DNA of 64,000 nucleotides. Source: Podarcis cretensis (taxonomy: Eukaryota). The notes below the pieces were generated by a model, which saw nothing but the letters and a program-made list of their open reading frames with translations, was not told the origin of the DNA and made no database searches. Each line of letters starts with the position of its first letter. Positions within the stretch are counted from its first letter, which is position 1. This document shows, piece by piece, positions 1-13,500 of the stretch. Where the stretch lies: contig OX638149.1 in NCBI GenBank assembly GCA_951804945.1, forward strand, positions 87,110,001 to 87,174,000, read 5' to 3'. The position numbers were made by a program, and so were the translations under genes.

Positions 1-324
1 TCATGGGCCACCTGCTCCCATACCAGCCTGTCCATGTCCTAAAATTTGACAAAGAGACCCTTGTGTCCAGACTATGGTGGAGGCTCAGCTGACGGGGACT
101 AGAAAAAAGGCCTTCCCTTGTGACTAAACCTAACTTGTGGAACTCTTTGCCCTGGGAGACTCAGCTTTCTGGTTTGCTCACATATTTGCTTCGATTATTT
201 ATTTAAATCCATTTATAAACCACAAAATAGTTTACAAAATCTCTAAGGAGTGATTAAACAGATAAAAGAGAGCCTTTGGCTGAATACCTATCTGTTGAAT
301 TTCTCTCTCTCTCTCTCTCACTCA

Positions 325-383
<59 letters not shown>

Positions 384-490
384 ATACACAGTATTTTTAA
401 TGTTTGATTTTATTTGTTGTTAGCTGCTGAGTGGTGCGTAGGCACCAAAAGGGCAGGACAGAAATTTCCGTATAAATAAATAACGATAAT
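1..490 (+). mobile_element. Old L2-like LINE 3' fragment with an embedded (CT)n(CA)n microsatellite
   Basis: AGGCCTTC...TGTGGAACTCTTTGCC (AF...LWNSLP-type motif) and an AATAAATAA tail. Similar old L2 ends lie at ~6590-7020(-), 18730-18860(-), 21130-21440, 23090-23500, 51900-52340 and 58010-58200. Confidence 0.55.
302..389. repeat. Compound (CT)n(CA)n microsatellite
   Basis: Directly visible. Confidence 0.95.
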
Positions 491-3400
491 AATACCTCTC
501 TATCTCATGCCCTCTTTGTTCAGTATTTGCGGCATATGAAGCTTCCTTCAGCTGACTGTAAATGTCACAATCAGGTCATGAAGACACAAAACCATTACTC
601 TGATTCTTGGAGCTGTCTGTATTGCTTCTCTAATCGGTGTTCGAGGGGTAATGTATTAAAAAAGCCTCCCCTAGCAGCCTGTGGCCAGGCTCCAGGTATT
701 CATAGAATCATAGAATTACAGGACTGTAGAGGTGGAAGGAACCATAAGGGTTATTTAGTCCAACCCCCGGAAACACAGTAATCTTCTGCCCAACATGTGG
801 CTTGAACCCACAACCCTCAGCCCCAGCCAGCATGGTCAATGGCCTGGAATGATGAGAATTGTAGTCCCACAACCCCTGCAGGGCACTGGGTTGGGGAAGG
901 CTGTTAAACATATGCACAAAATGCTGCTGGACCTTTGGTTTCCCGGGTACACCCAAGCTGTTGTCCTTTCACAAAACATGATTGCCATTAGGGCCCTGTG
1001 AACATGTAGGAACGTGTTGTGTGCGTGTGCTTCTTCCTCTACTGCCCTCCACTGCAGAGGCACTAAATATGGGCTGCCAAAGAGGCAGAGACTCTTGGAG
1101 CCCAACACAAGCTCAATGCAGAACGGCAAGGGGACAATCCAGGCTCCCTCCCTCTCTCATTTGCTAGGCCTGACTTGACCTTTTGGTCCTTTGTTATCTC
1201 AGTGCTGCACGCGTGTTGGGAGTCTCAGGCGGTCTGCGGTTTAGAAAGGGGGAAACACAGTTTTAAACAATTATTGTTTTTTCCACCTGACTGGCTGCAA
1301 ACTTGTTAATTTCCCCCCTTTAATGTGTGAAAGCGGAGACGGCAGCTGCATGGAAATGAGTCGCCCTCTTATCCCCAGGCCCTGGCTGGCGTTCAGAGTA
1401 TGCCGGCCTCTAGCGTAATCAGGGCCTTCTATAAATAAAGCCCAATATCTCATCAATGGCAGAGCAGCCGTGCTTTATAGAGTCGTCTGACATAAAACCG
1501 TCCCTCTTTACGGCCCTCAAACCATTTGCGTCATTTAGCGCAGCTCTGTAAACCTTCTGTTCTCCACGCTAAACCGTGTGGAGTGCCTAATGGCAGAGGC
1601 ACTGTCACACAAACCCTGTTCCAGGGAGCTCGGGAACCCCCGGCGCGTAAATATGGTCGCCTCCCACACATCGACGACTGGTGGCACCTGGCACCAGAAT
1701 ATACCCTGACTGTACTGCCAGGAAACCCCCGAGCCCAAAGATTCAGCCCATAGTTGCAGCTGGGAACATCTGGCACACATTCAATCCAATACAGATACAC
1801 TCTCAGAGAACATCTCTCAATGCCCATTCTTCCCCTCCCCAAAAAAGTGACACGCAGGCTACTCACTCCTCTCTCCGTCAGGTCATAACTCTGTAAACCC
1901 CCCTCTATTTTCCTATTTCTTCTTCACTGTCTCGGCATCTATGAGAGCCTGTGACAGCTTCGTCCATTTATTGCCCTCACGCAGTCTGCTAAAAAAAACG
2001 GTGGTTCTGTGAAACAGTGGAAGAGGGATGGCTGCTCACACAACTCCTACTGGGCCATTTCCTATGGCTGCTTTTGAGGTGTAATAGTCACCAAAAAATC
2101 CCTGGTTTTTTTTGAAGTGTGGATTGTAAGCTGCAGATTGCTACTCCTCCTGCAGAACAGGAGATCAACCCTTCGAGCAAATGGGGAACTCGTGGCCTTC
2201 CAAAGGTAGTTGGTCATAGATACCACCGGTCACTGGTCAAGGATGATGGGAGCTGGAGTCCAGTTAACTTCTGAAAGGCCACAGGTTCCCCATGCTTGCC
2301 TAAAAGGACAGTTTCAGTGGTGATGCTACCCTAGAGAGAGGCCTGTCTGGGGATTACAACGACATCTTTTCAGCAGTAAACACCTTTTCTCCACCCAGGC
2401 TTTCTAACATATTTTAAAAGATTTAGTATTCTGCACCTAAATTTTAACTTAAACCTGGTGTTAATTATATTAAGGTGTGCCCACCGCCTCCCAATACAAC
2501 GAGCATCTCTTTTATTTGGGGTACATGATGGTATCATTATTATCCTAGCTACTGAATAAGTCCCATCAGTCAGTTTTGGATTTAGAGGCAGATCAATGAG
2601 GTCATACAAAATCACGTACCACTGCCCTACCACAAGACAAGAACAGGAAACAACAGTTCTTCACAAATACTTCTCCTGACATATATGCAAGCCAACATCA
2701 CCCGTAAGTTGCAGGCTTACACCCACCAATATGGGCATGCATGTACCAGCACAACACTGATCCCTTGCAAAAGGGCCTTTTATATATTCTAGCAGGGGTA
2801 TAGCTTTACTCAACAGTGCTATGATAAAGTTTGAAAGCCTTGCATCACATATCTGGGGTCAAATTATGTAAGTTTCTCTCATTCTGGGCAGTCAATTTGT
2901 GTGACTGATGCCGATCCCTTAAATGTTGATTGCCATTATTACTTTAAACCAGGGATAGGAAACCCCTAGCCCTCCAGTTGTTGTTGGACTACAACTTCCC
3001 AGCATCTCTGACTACTGGCCATGCTGGCTGGCTGGGACTGATGGGAGTTTGAAGGCCACAAGTGGAAATGTGAGTTGCTCACCACTGCTGTAAAACCAAA
3101 AGGGAATTTGAGTAATATTCCAAACTACAGAGATACTACTTCATCTTAGTCTACCACAGCCAGTGAAGTCTAACTCTATGGCATAGTTCAAACCACAGTC
3201 CTCCCTTCCTTTCTGTCCATCAGAGATCAAACCTTGGTTTCCAATCCTGGACTGCACGACAAGTGCGAATGGCATTTGGATGAAAGGACAACTGTGACAT
3301 GGCACAAACCAAAAAGGGAAGGAACCCTGAAGGGGAAGGGAGAGAAGGGAATGTGCAAACACCAGTCATGGTTTAGTTTTACACTACCAGAACAACCAAG

Positions 3401-4089
3401 AAAACCAACCATGGAAACACACTTTGTTCCATGCAAGGAAACAGAGTTCCACGTGGATGCTCCACCTCACCTTAGAGATAGTTCACATGGGCTCGCTTAT
3501 AATTCAGAAACTACAACATCTAGTGATGCCTCACTTGCATGAAACAACCACGACCACAGACAAAGCTTTCATATCGCTGACTTGACATTGCCTCAAGACA
3601 CTATATCCTTCAACGGAGGCAGTTCACACATTTAGTTGTAAGGATGTGTGAATCAACCCTTTCCGCTTACAGTTTATGAAAGTGAAGGGTGGGTGGGAAT
3701 TTATGGCTGGAGGTGTTGTAGGATTCTGCCCCATTTAAGCTCTTCCAGGTCTGGTCAGGCTGATGAGGATGCACACAATTCTTTCTTCAATCAAGCTGGC
3801 AGCTCCGAAGCTACTAATCCCCATATGGCAGAGCCAGGCCCCTCGGGCATGCTCAGGGCACTTGCCACTGAATCTTCCAGAGCAGGAAGGAAAAAGGGGG
3901 AGGGAAGCAGGTAGTGGAGCTGTAGACTTTCCAGAGTCACAGTGTTTGGCTTGGCCTCTTATCTCACAGGGACTATGACCTCCCTCCTTTTTAAAAAACA
4001 AAAACAAATCCTAACACTTTGTTTAGTAGGCTATCACTTTGCTATATAGCAGGCTCTTCTGTTTTACTGTATTTGGAATAAGCTTTCTA

Positions 4090-4135
4090 ATTCACCTGAT
4101 GATGAATTCAGTGTAACTTGAAAGCTTGCCTACTG
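4090..4135 (+). ncRNA. PLE-type hammerhead ribozyme relic
   Basis: CUGAUGA (4096-4102) ... GAAA-GCUUG (4120-4128), separated by a 17-nt degraded stem II. Confidence 0.45.
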
Positions 4136-7100
4136 CTACACCAACAAAGGTTGGCATTTTTTCTCTTTTTTAAAAGCAGATTTTGCCTTAATATTTATCA
4201 TTATTCTCAGAGAGCAAGACTGCAACAACTGTCCATCCTTTTATGGCATTTGCCGTGTGCTAGCTGACAAAGGAGGAGATGCAAGGACAGTATCTCTGTG
4301 TCCTGGAGCCCTGACCTCGAAAAGCACCCAGCTGCCAGGAAAAACAGAGCAGCTATGCACTCCTCTGGCAGCTTGAAAGAGACTCCGTCTGTGTGAGAAA
4401 CCAGTGTCTGTGAGCAAGCATGCTGCTCTGTTAAAGAAAGATCAGGCTTGTAAGTGATCCAGAGAGAGATCTGGGGGTATTTATGTTGCTCCAAGGCCAC
4501 TCTTGGTTCCACAAAGCATTTATTTGGGCTGAAAGAGACCAGCAGGAACACTTCGCTCAATGTATAAAGATGATGGCTCCTAGAGGCATTTTCCAGACTT
4601 GCTAGAATTGTTGTTTTATGGGAATAGCAGGGCTTGAGAGAGGGAGGGGTTTTCCAAAGCAGACAGGGAGCACACTTGTGGCCCTTCTCTCTATCTCCTA
4701 TGTCTAGGGCAAAGGAAAGGATTGGTAAATGGAAGTAAATGGAAGACCATCCGGAATGAATTGCAGGAAAGAGATTCCTCAGCCCAGCAGCCCTAACCCA
4801 ATTCCTTGGTCCGCTGTGAACCCAAAGGATGGAGCCTGATGATATTCCTGTAGGAAGCCCAACACTATCTCTATAGGCAATGGAAAAAATCCCAGAGCGG
4901 GAACAGTTAAGACTTCAACAAAGAAAAGCCTCTAAAGGATTCTGAGCAGTTTATCCCACTTGCAGGGGGCAAGTCCCAAAGTATATTTTCCATCAGAGAG
5001 GGATCTTGCTGCAGATTAGCAGGGATCAAGCAAGGGATCTTCTCAGAGCTGTCCCAGGCTCAGCTGCTTTCTGGTCACATGCTCCTTTTGGCTGCTGTGT
5101 CCTCCCTTCTTATCTTTTGTCCCCTGTAACTGAAGGAGTTGCTTCCCCACAGAAATGGAAACTATGCTCCAGTCTCAAAGCCACAGTGAGGAAAGCAGAG
5201 TCAGGGGCACAAGGCTCCAAACCAGAGGGTTACGTTGTTTCTTGGCACCAGTGTATAGGCAGACCCGGGTACATACATACACCTGCTGCCCTCATGCGCC
5301 GAGCGGGAAGAGTGGCTTGAAGGATGCTCCTTGGGCCCAGCGCTCATGCATACCCTGACAGTATTACAGACAGGCTTATTAAGTGTGTAATATTAAATTA
5401 ACCCAGATAAGAGCGTAAGAGCTTTTAAAGTCAATTCATTAAATATAATTATGAAGATAGCTTTTTTATGCGTGGCAGCAATCTGATCTCAATCACGGCG
5501 ACGGTGCCGAGCTTGCTGGCCCCCACGGCATCTCTGCTCCCAACTGCGACTGCTCTTGGGCTGTGCCACCATTCCCAGGCAAGCGAGATCGCTCTACACT
5601 GACACCCTCCCCAAGCCCTGGTGTTAGCGGAATGGGGTGTCCGTAACATTTAATGACCAGACCAGGCCCTCCTATCTGATTTGGGGTTGCTGTCGGCCTC
5701 CCTTAATATTCATGGGCTGCTTGCTCCCTTTCTGACTCAAGTCTACCTGACACTCCATTGTTGCTATCCTAGGCTTGACTTTCTCCAAGTGTGGCTGACT
5801 TCTTATTCATTCTGGGATAAAATCTGAAGCAGATGGGGGAGAGACAATGAGCAATGCTATCTTATCTCTCTTGGTGGGTGGGATAAAGACTTGGATTCCT
5901 GCCCAACAGGGCCTACTTTGACTCATCATACACACACTCTGGATGAAGAATGCCCCCGCATTTCCATCTAACTGCTTCCTTCCCTCTCACTGCCCTCCTC
6001 CCCACCCCCACAGGAGTTAATGAGGCTTTCCGCTCTCCCAAGGCTGCTTGCGCTCCTGCCCCAGTTAATTAACTTCTCCTGGGAAACAATTAATATCTGT
6101 CAGGAGATGTGGGGTCCATGCCAGCCACTCTGCCAAGTTTTTGCTCAGCAGCGATTGGGGGGACAGAACAGGGGAGCCCAGCCAGTCCCATACACCTTGA
6201 AGGTCAGACTCTAGAGACAGCTCTCTACCCTGCAGATAGCATGCTTTTGCTGATGCTAAACTGGGGGCAGGGGGGGTACCAACAAGGCTTGGTCAAGGAT
6301 ACTGTATCTCTTAAGTGGGCCCAGCAGAGCCTTGAGGATGTTGTGACACTCAGCCTCTGCCTATTGCCCATGGCAACCGGTTCTCTTGCAGGTCCAGAAA
6401 GAGGCATAGGCTCTCAGCCAATTGTAGCAGCAAACACAACTACGGTTAGGTTGCCCTTTGCCTTGTGATATGTAGAAGTGCAGACTATGGAAACAACCAA
6501 AGAGTGGGAGATCAGCCTGAGTCACCCTCAGGCTTCCCGGCTTCCAAATCCATCTAATCAAAGGAAGCCCAAAATGATGATAATGATGGTGATGATCATT
6601 AATTTATTAATTGTCTTCTATACAACCATCTTAAGGCGATGCACAATAAAAACCATTTAAAACAGTTAAAAGCATGCCAAAAAAGAAAGAAAGAAAATCC
6701 CTCAGGAAATACATTTAAAACAAAACTGACACCATACGGAAATAAAGACTCATGGCAAATACCCCTTTATCCAGCTGGGAAAAGCTGTTGGAACAAAAAT
6801 GTCCTCCATTGTTTCCAGAAAGTGAAGAGACTGGGCGCCTGTTGTATCTCTACAGAAATGCTATTCCACAGAACAAGGGCAGCCCCATTAATTATGCTTA
6901 GGTAGCACAGATGCGGGCTTTGCATCCAACCAAAGACTACTCCAGATATACTGGATCCTGACAAAATGGACCTGTCTATTCCTGTCCAAGTGACCGACAC
7001 TGAGAGTCATACACAATGTTAGTATTTTAGGGCTTGTTTGCCCAAGAGGTATAGGTAAGGTTTGAAGATGCTCTGTTAGCTGGTCTTACTGCAAGTAAAA

Positions 7101-8389
7101 AAGAGGTTTGGATTGCCAGGTTCTCCTGGGCAGAGCCTGAACCAAGAGCTGATGTCAGGGATGGGGGAACCTGCAGCCCTCTAGATGTTGTTGGCCTCCA
7201 ACTCCCATCAGTCCTGGCCAGTATGGCCATTGATCAGGGATTATGGGAACTGGAGTCTACCAATATCAGGAGAATGACAGGTTCATCATCTCTGGCTGGA
7301 GTACCTTCACAAAGAGTCTGCTTGTGCTAGGGACATGCGAAACAACTTCTGGGTTGGCAGGATGGAGAAAGCATCACTGAAGCCAAAAAGACGCCAAAAT
7401 TGGGGGACACTGTATCTACAGAAGGTATGCTTTCTGCAATTTGTGGAGTCACAAAAAGGGCCAAATCATCCAGGAAAGACTCAGAGCAGCAAGCATACCC
7501 TGCCAAGAAAGTAGCTTTGCACAGAACCAGAATTGATTGGTTGAATGGAGAAAGGGGTGCAGAGGCCTGGAGGCTGCATCGGCTCCTGGGACTGGTTACT
7601 TATTCAGATGCTTTGGACACAGATTCCCTCTCATTGCTGGTTGCTTATTAGCATTTTCCAGCCTGCGGGCAGCTCTGATGGATGGAGCACAGCATCGGCC
7701 TCCTCTCACTGCAGAGCCAAGGCCAACAACCCTTCTGCGGCTACAGCTCCACTCTGATCCCTTCCGCTACCCTTTCCCCCATGCCAGAGCAGCTAGCGGC
7801 TTTGGAACAGAAAAGTTACAGAGCCTCCAGATCCCAGGAACAGGGATGGGTGGCCTCTCCTTCTCTTCCATGTCGCAAAGTAGCAGAGCATGTGGGTTAA
7901 CAGATTGGTCTGTCCTTGGGAAATCCCCACAATAGGTAGAGGGATTTGGCTTAGGAGGTAAAACTAGAATGGGGTAGGAATTGTGGGGAGTCTACTTGTA
8001 TACACACCTTTAAGTCATTATCTTGCCAAAGAACAGCACACAAGTGTGACCACCACTCGCTGACTGTACAGTCAATATGACTTGCTTGTGTGAATGAAGT
8101 CATTGTAGAAGACAGACCTTGCATATCACACAAGGCTGAATGAATTGTTTCCAGGCAAGAGACTTCACATGTTCTGAGTATCATCAAGGACTGAATAAGC
8201 AATGATGTACATTTACATGTGTGAACAAGCTCAGAGATGTACAAATGACCTTATGGGTGTTCAAAATAAAATTGTTTATGGAAAAGGGGAGGTACATTCC
8301 CATCTTCTCACCTTAGAGCAACAGGGTGACTCACAAATTATTGGTTCTAAAATCCACATGGATTTCCAGGCAGTCTATGGGCCCCAGTA

Positions 8390-8570
8390 TGAGCACAAGA
8401 AATGAAGAGTCCTGTGACATGCTGAAGACATATTGTGGCATAAGAAGTTTTTGTGGTCTGCCTTCATCGGATACGTGCATTGCTCCATGCCACACAACTG
8501 ATGAAGCAGATATTGTGCTGCAACAATTTTTTTAAGTCTGTAAATTGGCATTTATCATTTTTGCTACAAC
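8390..8570. mobile_element. Degenerate inverted pair of Penelope-like termini
   Basis: AAGAGTCCTGTGACAT...CTTCATCGGAT in one orientation and CTGATGAAG...TAAGTCT.TAAA.TGGCA in the other. Resembles 62040-62140. Confidence 0.45.
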
Positions 8571-8619
8571 ACCCCAAACACAGCAAGCCTTCAGGAATAT
8601 GTCAGCATTAGCACAAGAC

Positions 8620-8762
8620 AAGATGGTGACCTTGAACCAGTCACTCTCTTGTAACCTAACCTACATCACAGGGTTGCCGTGAGGATACAATTGGTTGGGA
8701 AGACTGAGAGAACCACCTATGTTGCCATGAGCTCCTTGGAAGGAAGGAGGAATAGATAACAA
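8620..8762 (+). mobile_element. CORE/MIR-like SINE, 3' half
   Basis: CCTAACCTACATCACAGGGTTGCCGTGAGGATA...GAGCTCCTTGGAAGGAAGG, the reverse counterpart of 30785-31000. Confidence 0.6.
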
Positions 8763-8767
8763 AGAAG

Positions 8768-8960
8768 CAAATCCACAACTCAGTAACAGAATATCTGCTT
8801 TGCATTCCAAAGGTCTCAGGTTCAATCCCCAGCAACTCCATATGGGGTTGGGAGAGTCCCCTTGCTTGAAACCCTGGAGAGCTGCTGCCAATCAGTGTAG
8901 GCAATACTGAGTTAGAAGAACCAAGTCTCTGACTTGGTACAAGACAGCTTCCTATGTTGC
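8768..8960 (+). mobile_element. tRNA-derived squamate SINE (Squam3-like)
   Basis: GGTTCAATCCC B-box and GAAACCCTGGAGAGCTGCTGCCAATCAGTGTAG...CAGCTTCCTATGTT. Same family as 14095-14290. Confidence 0.82.
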
Positions 8961-9805
8961 TAAGCAAACATCAAATTGGATGGGATACAGAGATGTCATC
9001 TGCAACAGATGCAGACACCACTCTGTGCTGGCTTTGGGGCTAGCAAGGGAACTCTAGAGAAGAGGCGGTGCAGCCAGCATGAAAAAGCACTGTGGCAATG
9101 ATAGCTCCTTAAGCCATCAGAGGATGCAATTTGCACTGGGGGTGAAGAGTAAAAGATGGTGGAGAGGCAAGAGGGCTCAAGAAAGGGAGGATGACCCTTG
9201 TATGCAAAGGCAGCCCCCAACCCCACCTTTTCCCCTCTGTGAGATGCCAAAATGTATGGGTTGCCAACAAGTCCAAATGCTTGACACGGGCCACATAAAT
9301 CCAGCCGCTTGTTTAACAAAGCAGAAATTGCCTCTGCCCACTCTTACATCCTTCTGGGATTTGTTCTCTCCTCAGGCGGACCCATGTTCCTTCTGCAGGC
9401 AGGAAGCAGGCTATCCTCCCTCTCTCCCCCTCTGCCACCTACCTCCCAACTACAAGCCACCAACACTAGCGGGACTGCCTGGGACTGCCTGCAGCCTCCT
9501 TTTCTCACTTCTCTCCATTGTGGGGCTGGGGTTAGGGAAATGGATTGCACGGCTGCCTCTGAACAGTGGTGGCCGGGGAGCTGCACCAATGGGCAGGCAG
9601 GAGGTGGCAGGTGGAGGGGGAGGAGGCGCAGGGAACTCATTTACCCAGAGTAAAAATAGGCTGGAAAATGTGACATTTATTAAGTACGATTGTGGAGGAA
9701 AGGTCATCGCCAGCCCCAGCACCGAGACGGGGTGCCACTGATTATACAGCTGGGGAAAGAGGCGGCAAAGCCAGGCTGAGCAACAGCAATTTAGGGGAGG
9801 GGGTG

Positions 9806-9858
<53 letters not shown>
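9806..9858. repeat. Compound (GT)n(GA)n microsatellite
   Basis: Directly visible. Confidence 0.95.
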
Positions 9859-9859
<1 letters not shown>

Positions 9860-10537
9860 ACACATGTGTTCTTTTGTGTTTTGAGCCCACAGTCTACCAG
9901 GCAGGGATCCCTGCTGTGTAGAGCCAGGGATGCCTTAGGATCAACATCTGCCTACACTCTCTGAACCTGGCTCATTCTCACCTCTAAACGCCCTGAGTTC
10001 CAGGCAAGGAACCACTTTGGAGAAGCTGAAGCAAAGCAGTTTAGTGCAGGAAGCACCCTCACATCCACAAAGCCCTCTGAAAATGTGGACCTGCAGGAAA
10101 GTCCTCTCTTAGGCAGCACTTTTTAATCAGGATCACAGCCCTTCCTGCTCTCCCCGCACTATCTCATCCACACGTCCTCCTCTAATTCTTTGGATGATTT
10201 GCAAGACACAACTGCAGCATTTTAATTGTCTGCACACCCACGTCACCTTTCCCTCCACAAACACACACACACACACACACACACACGACTCCAATCTCCC
10301 TACGGGTGGCTACAGCTCGGAGACCCTGCTATTCCCATGGAGAGTTGCCTTCCAAATGCCCCACAAATTCCCCAGGACTGAAGAAAAGAGACTTGATCAG
10401 ATGGGAAATAGAAACAACAACCAATACTTGGGAACCTTCCCCAGAATGCTCTCCCCCCCCCCAAAAAAAAAAAAAAAAAAAAACACAAACACCAGGATGA
10501 TGAGATTGGCAGCAAGGGATTTAAAATAATAAGAAAT

Positions 10538-10578
10538 AGAGAAGGAGAAGGAGAAGGAGAAGAAGAAGAAGAAGAAGA
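10538..10578. repeat. (GAAGGA)n(GAA)n polypurine repeat
   Basis: Directly visible. Confidence 0.9.
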
Positions 10579-13500
10579 ACCAAAAAACACACCACCTTTG
10601 ACATCGATTCCAATTTTTTAGAAATGCATTAGCCTCCCCTACAAGTGCTGGAAGAGGAACCCCTGCAGAGCAGGTGCCAGCTGGGTAATTGTTCTTCTGA
10701 GTGTGCACACTGGTGTGCCTGAGCATATCCCCCTCCCGTGGATCTGCACAAGCTTCCATTGCCCCCCCTCCTCAGAGCAAAGCCCCTCCCCATAACTTCC
10801 TTCTGTCCTCCCTTCATAACCTCTCCATCAACCGCACCTCTTATCCTTGAAAAGCTCTTTGCACCTTGCACTCCTTTACATAAACATATGCGAGAAAGGG
10901 CCCAAAATTTTAGGGCCGGCATTGATGGGAAGCTGCAGACGGCCCTGTAAATAGGGGGCTGTCCCTGGCAGCCCTAGAATAGGACCCCCTCTGTTTATGG
11001 ACAATGGGGTCCAGATCCACCCACAACAGCCAAGGTAGGACAAACTGAGCCACAAAGCATCAGGTCCAGCCCAAGTGGCTGGTTAGGGGTTGCTACTGAG
11101 CCTGATGAGTGCCGAAGGAGTTAAGTGCCCATCCCATTTTTGCCCAGAGGCAAGTGCCGTGACCCCTCCATGCCCCCTCCCCCTGCGCAGATACTGGGGA
11201 AGGAAAGGGGCTGAAGCAGAACCTGCCAATCCCTCCCTCCCACCCACCCTGCTCAGCTAGTGCAAGGGAAGGACAAGGCTGCTGGGGAATCTCCTGTCCA
11301 GCAGAGGACAAAGAGCCAATTGATTTTCCCTGCACAATTCAAGTGATGGAGGGGGGGGGGGCTGTTCTTGAGCCGAAGGAACAGGGTTCACACACACACA
11401 CATTCAGCGGCCATCACTGCAGGGAAGGTGGTGGAGGAGCAAGACGTTTCCTGTGTGCATAGCCCACTCACCAAGGCAAGTCCTCCCACCCACCCCAGCT
11501 CCAACAGAGCAGAGGGTGCCCAGGAGTTGGGGCCGGTGCGGGCAGAGGGAGGCTCGCTGCTGCGGCTCAGCAAACGGCCCACCAAGATTTACTAGGCTGG
11601 CCGGGCTTTACTGCACACGAGATGCTTACGCTGGGGAATCTTCCCGGCGGCCCCTTAATTTGCCGTCCCATAAAGAATGTGGATTTGTGACGCTAAATAG
11701 AGGGAGATCATTTACCGAGCGCGGCTCTTACTTACAGGATCTTTAAAGGGGATTCATCATGCGATGCAACGACGCGAGCGGCAGGCAGCTCAGCAGCCGA
11801 GGCAAGGGAGAGCAGCCACAGCGAGGGCAGGCGCTGGCGGCAGCTCCTTCCAAAGGAGAACGGTGACTATGTTTGCCTCCTCAGGGGCCCTTCTGAACCA
11901 CACGGTCACTTAGTCCCTAATTTCTACACACCCACCCTACCCCACCCCACCCACGCCCCTTTTCCCATCCTTTTTGTGGATTCCTCAGAATCCAGAGCTG
12001 CAGCTGCTGAAAGTGGTTAAAATCAGAGATCAGGAATATCCCACGCTACTAACAAAACCGGCCCCAAAGTGAAGATTTAGGTCCTGTTCCCCCACCCCGC
12101 TGCCCTTCAAGTGTGCTGCCCCCAAGGGGCCATCGCGGGATATCCCTCCTGAAACCACACGCATCAAAGCAATGTCTCTGGCACTGGGTGCCCACTGGAG
12201 GGGCATCCCCCATCCATCCATAACCACAGAATTTAGTCCTGGGCCAGAATTTAGCATGCGGGGGGGGGGGGAATAAAATCTTCCATTTAACAATAAAAAA
12301 TCAAGTTTCTAGCCCTCCATGAGACAAAAATTTTGTTTGAAAATGTAGGCAATTTCTGGTGAAATTCTGGGGTCCATGACAACTTATGTGGGAGAATTGT
12401 GACTGGATTTTCCAACATTTATTTATTTGCATTTGTTTGCTTGCTTCCTTGATTTTTACTAAAATGCAGTCACAGGGGACTGCCAGTTCCTTCAGCGGTG
12501 GGAAGGGAAGGGAGGTGCTTAACCCTTTCTTGCTGCATCATTTTTTTGCTGAAAAATCCTTTCTTCCTGTACTGCTGTTTGTCCTGCATTTTCCCTTAAT
12601 GGAGCAAACAGCAGCTGGAGGGGGGGCACGTGTGGATCAAGAAAACAACACAGGGGAGGGGAATATTAGACACCCCCATCCTGCTGCTCCGAAGAAAAGC
12701 CCTGTGTAGCTACATTCCAGTAACAGCAGCAGCAAAAAGGTTACAAAGTCAAGAGGTGTGCAGTATTACTTAGAGCAGGATTTCCAGGGGTTACAGCTTC
12801 ATTTGTCCAATATTTACAGACTGCAGAAAATTCTCAGTGTTTATTTTGAGCAAAAAAAAAAAAAAGAAAGAAAAAGAACTGAGTGCAGCACAGACCCACA
12901 AAACTTCTCTTGGCATTCTGACACAGCCTGCAAGGGGTTCATGCGACCAAGGACAGCAGACAACCCCTGTCAACTGTGGGGCAGGTTTTACATAGGGCCC
13001 AGGGGAGGTGTGGTGTGCTCCTGGGTCCTGAGCCGTGTATTTCCTCTGGGTCTGCCATGCCAGACATGCACCCCCATAGCAGTGTTTGGGACAAGAGAGT
13101 ACATTTGTGGCAGGCCCCGGAGAGGAAGATGGTCTTTAGATCCACTTGGCGTGTGTGCTCATGCATGGCCCTATCTTCTCTCTTCTCAGCCTCACCTTCT
13201 AAGCTTTTCCCTGCCCTGCACCACCCTCCCCCCCCACCCGCCCCTCCGCACACAGTGATCAGAAGGCGAAGCAGCCTCCAATGTCCGCAGGAGAGAAGCA
13301 GCTCATTTCCAGAGTCATTATGGTCTGAAAAGGGTCCCATCAGGTATTCCGCCTGCTCAGCACATTTATTTCCCCAAACCACAGCGGGGATTTGTGATTT
13401 TCAGACTCAATATTAGAGCAAGCGCGGGGCCAGCTCATTCCACCCGGCGGGAAGCCTCCCTGATAGTACAGGCACAGCCATGCCAGAAAAAGTGCCATGA

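Noticed and set aside
9079-9741. 220-aa plus-strand ORF
   Set aside because: No recognisable homology or domain, antisense within the intron, and non-coding composition.
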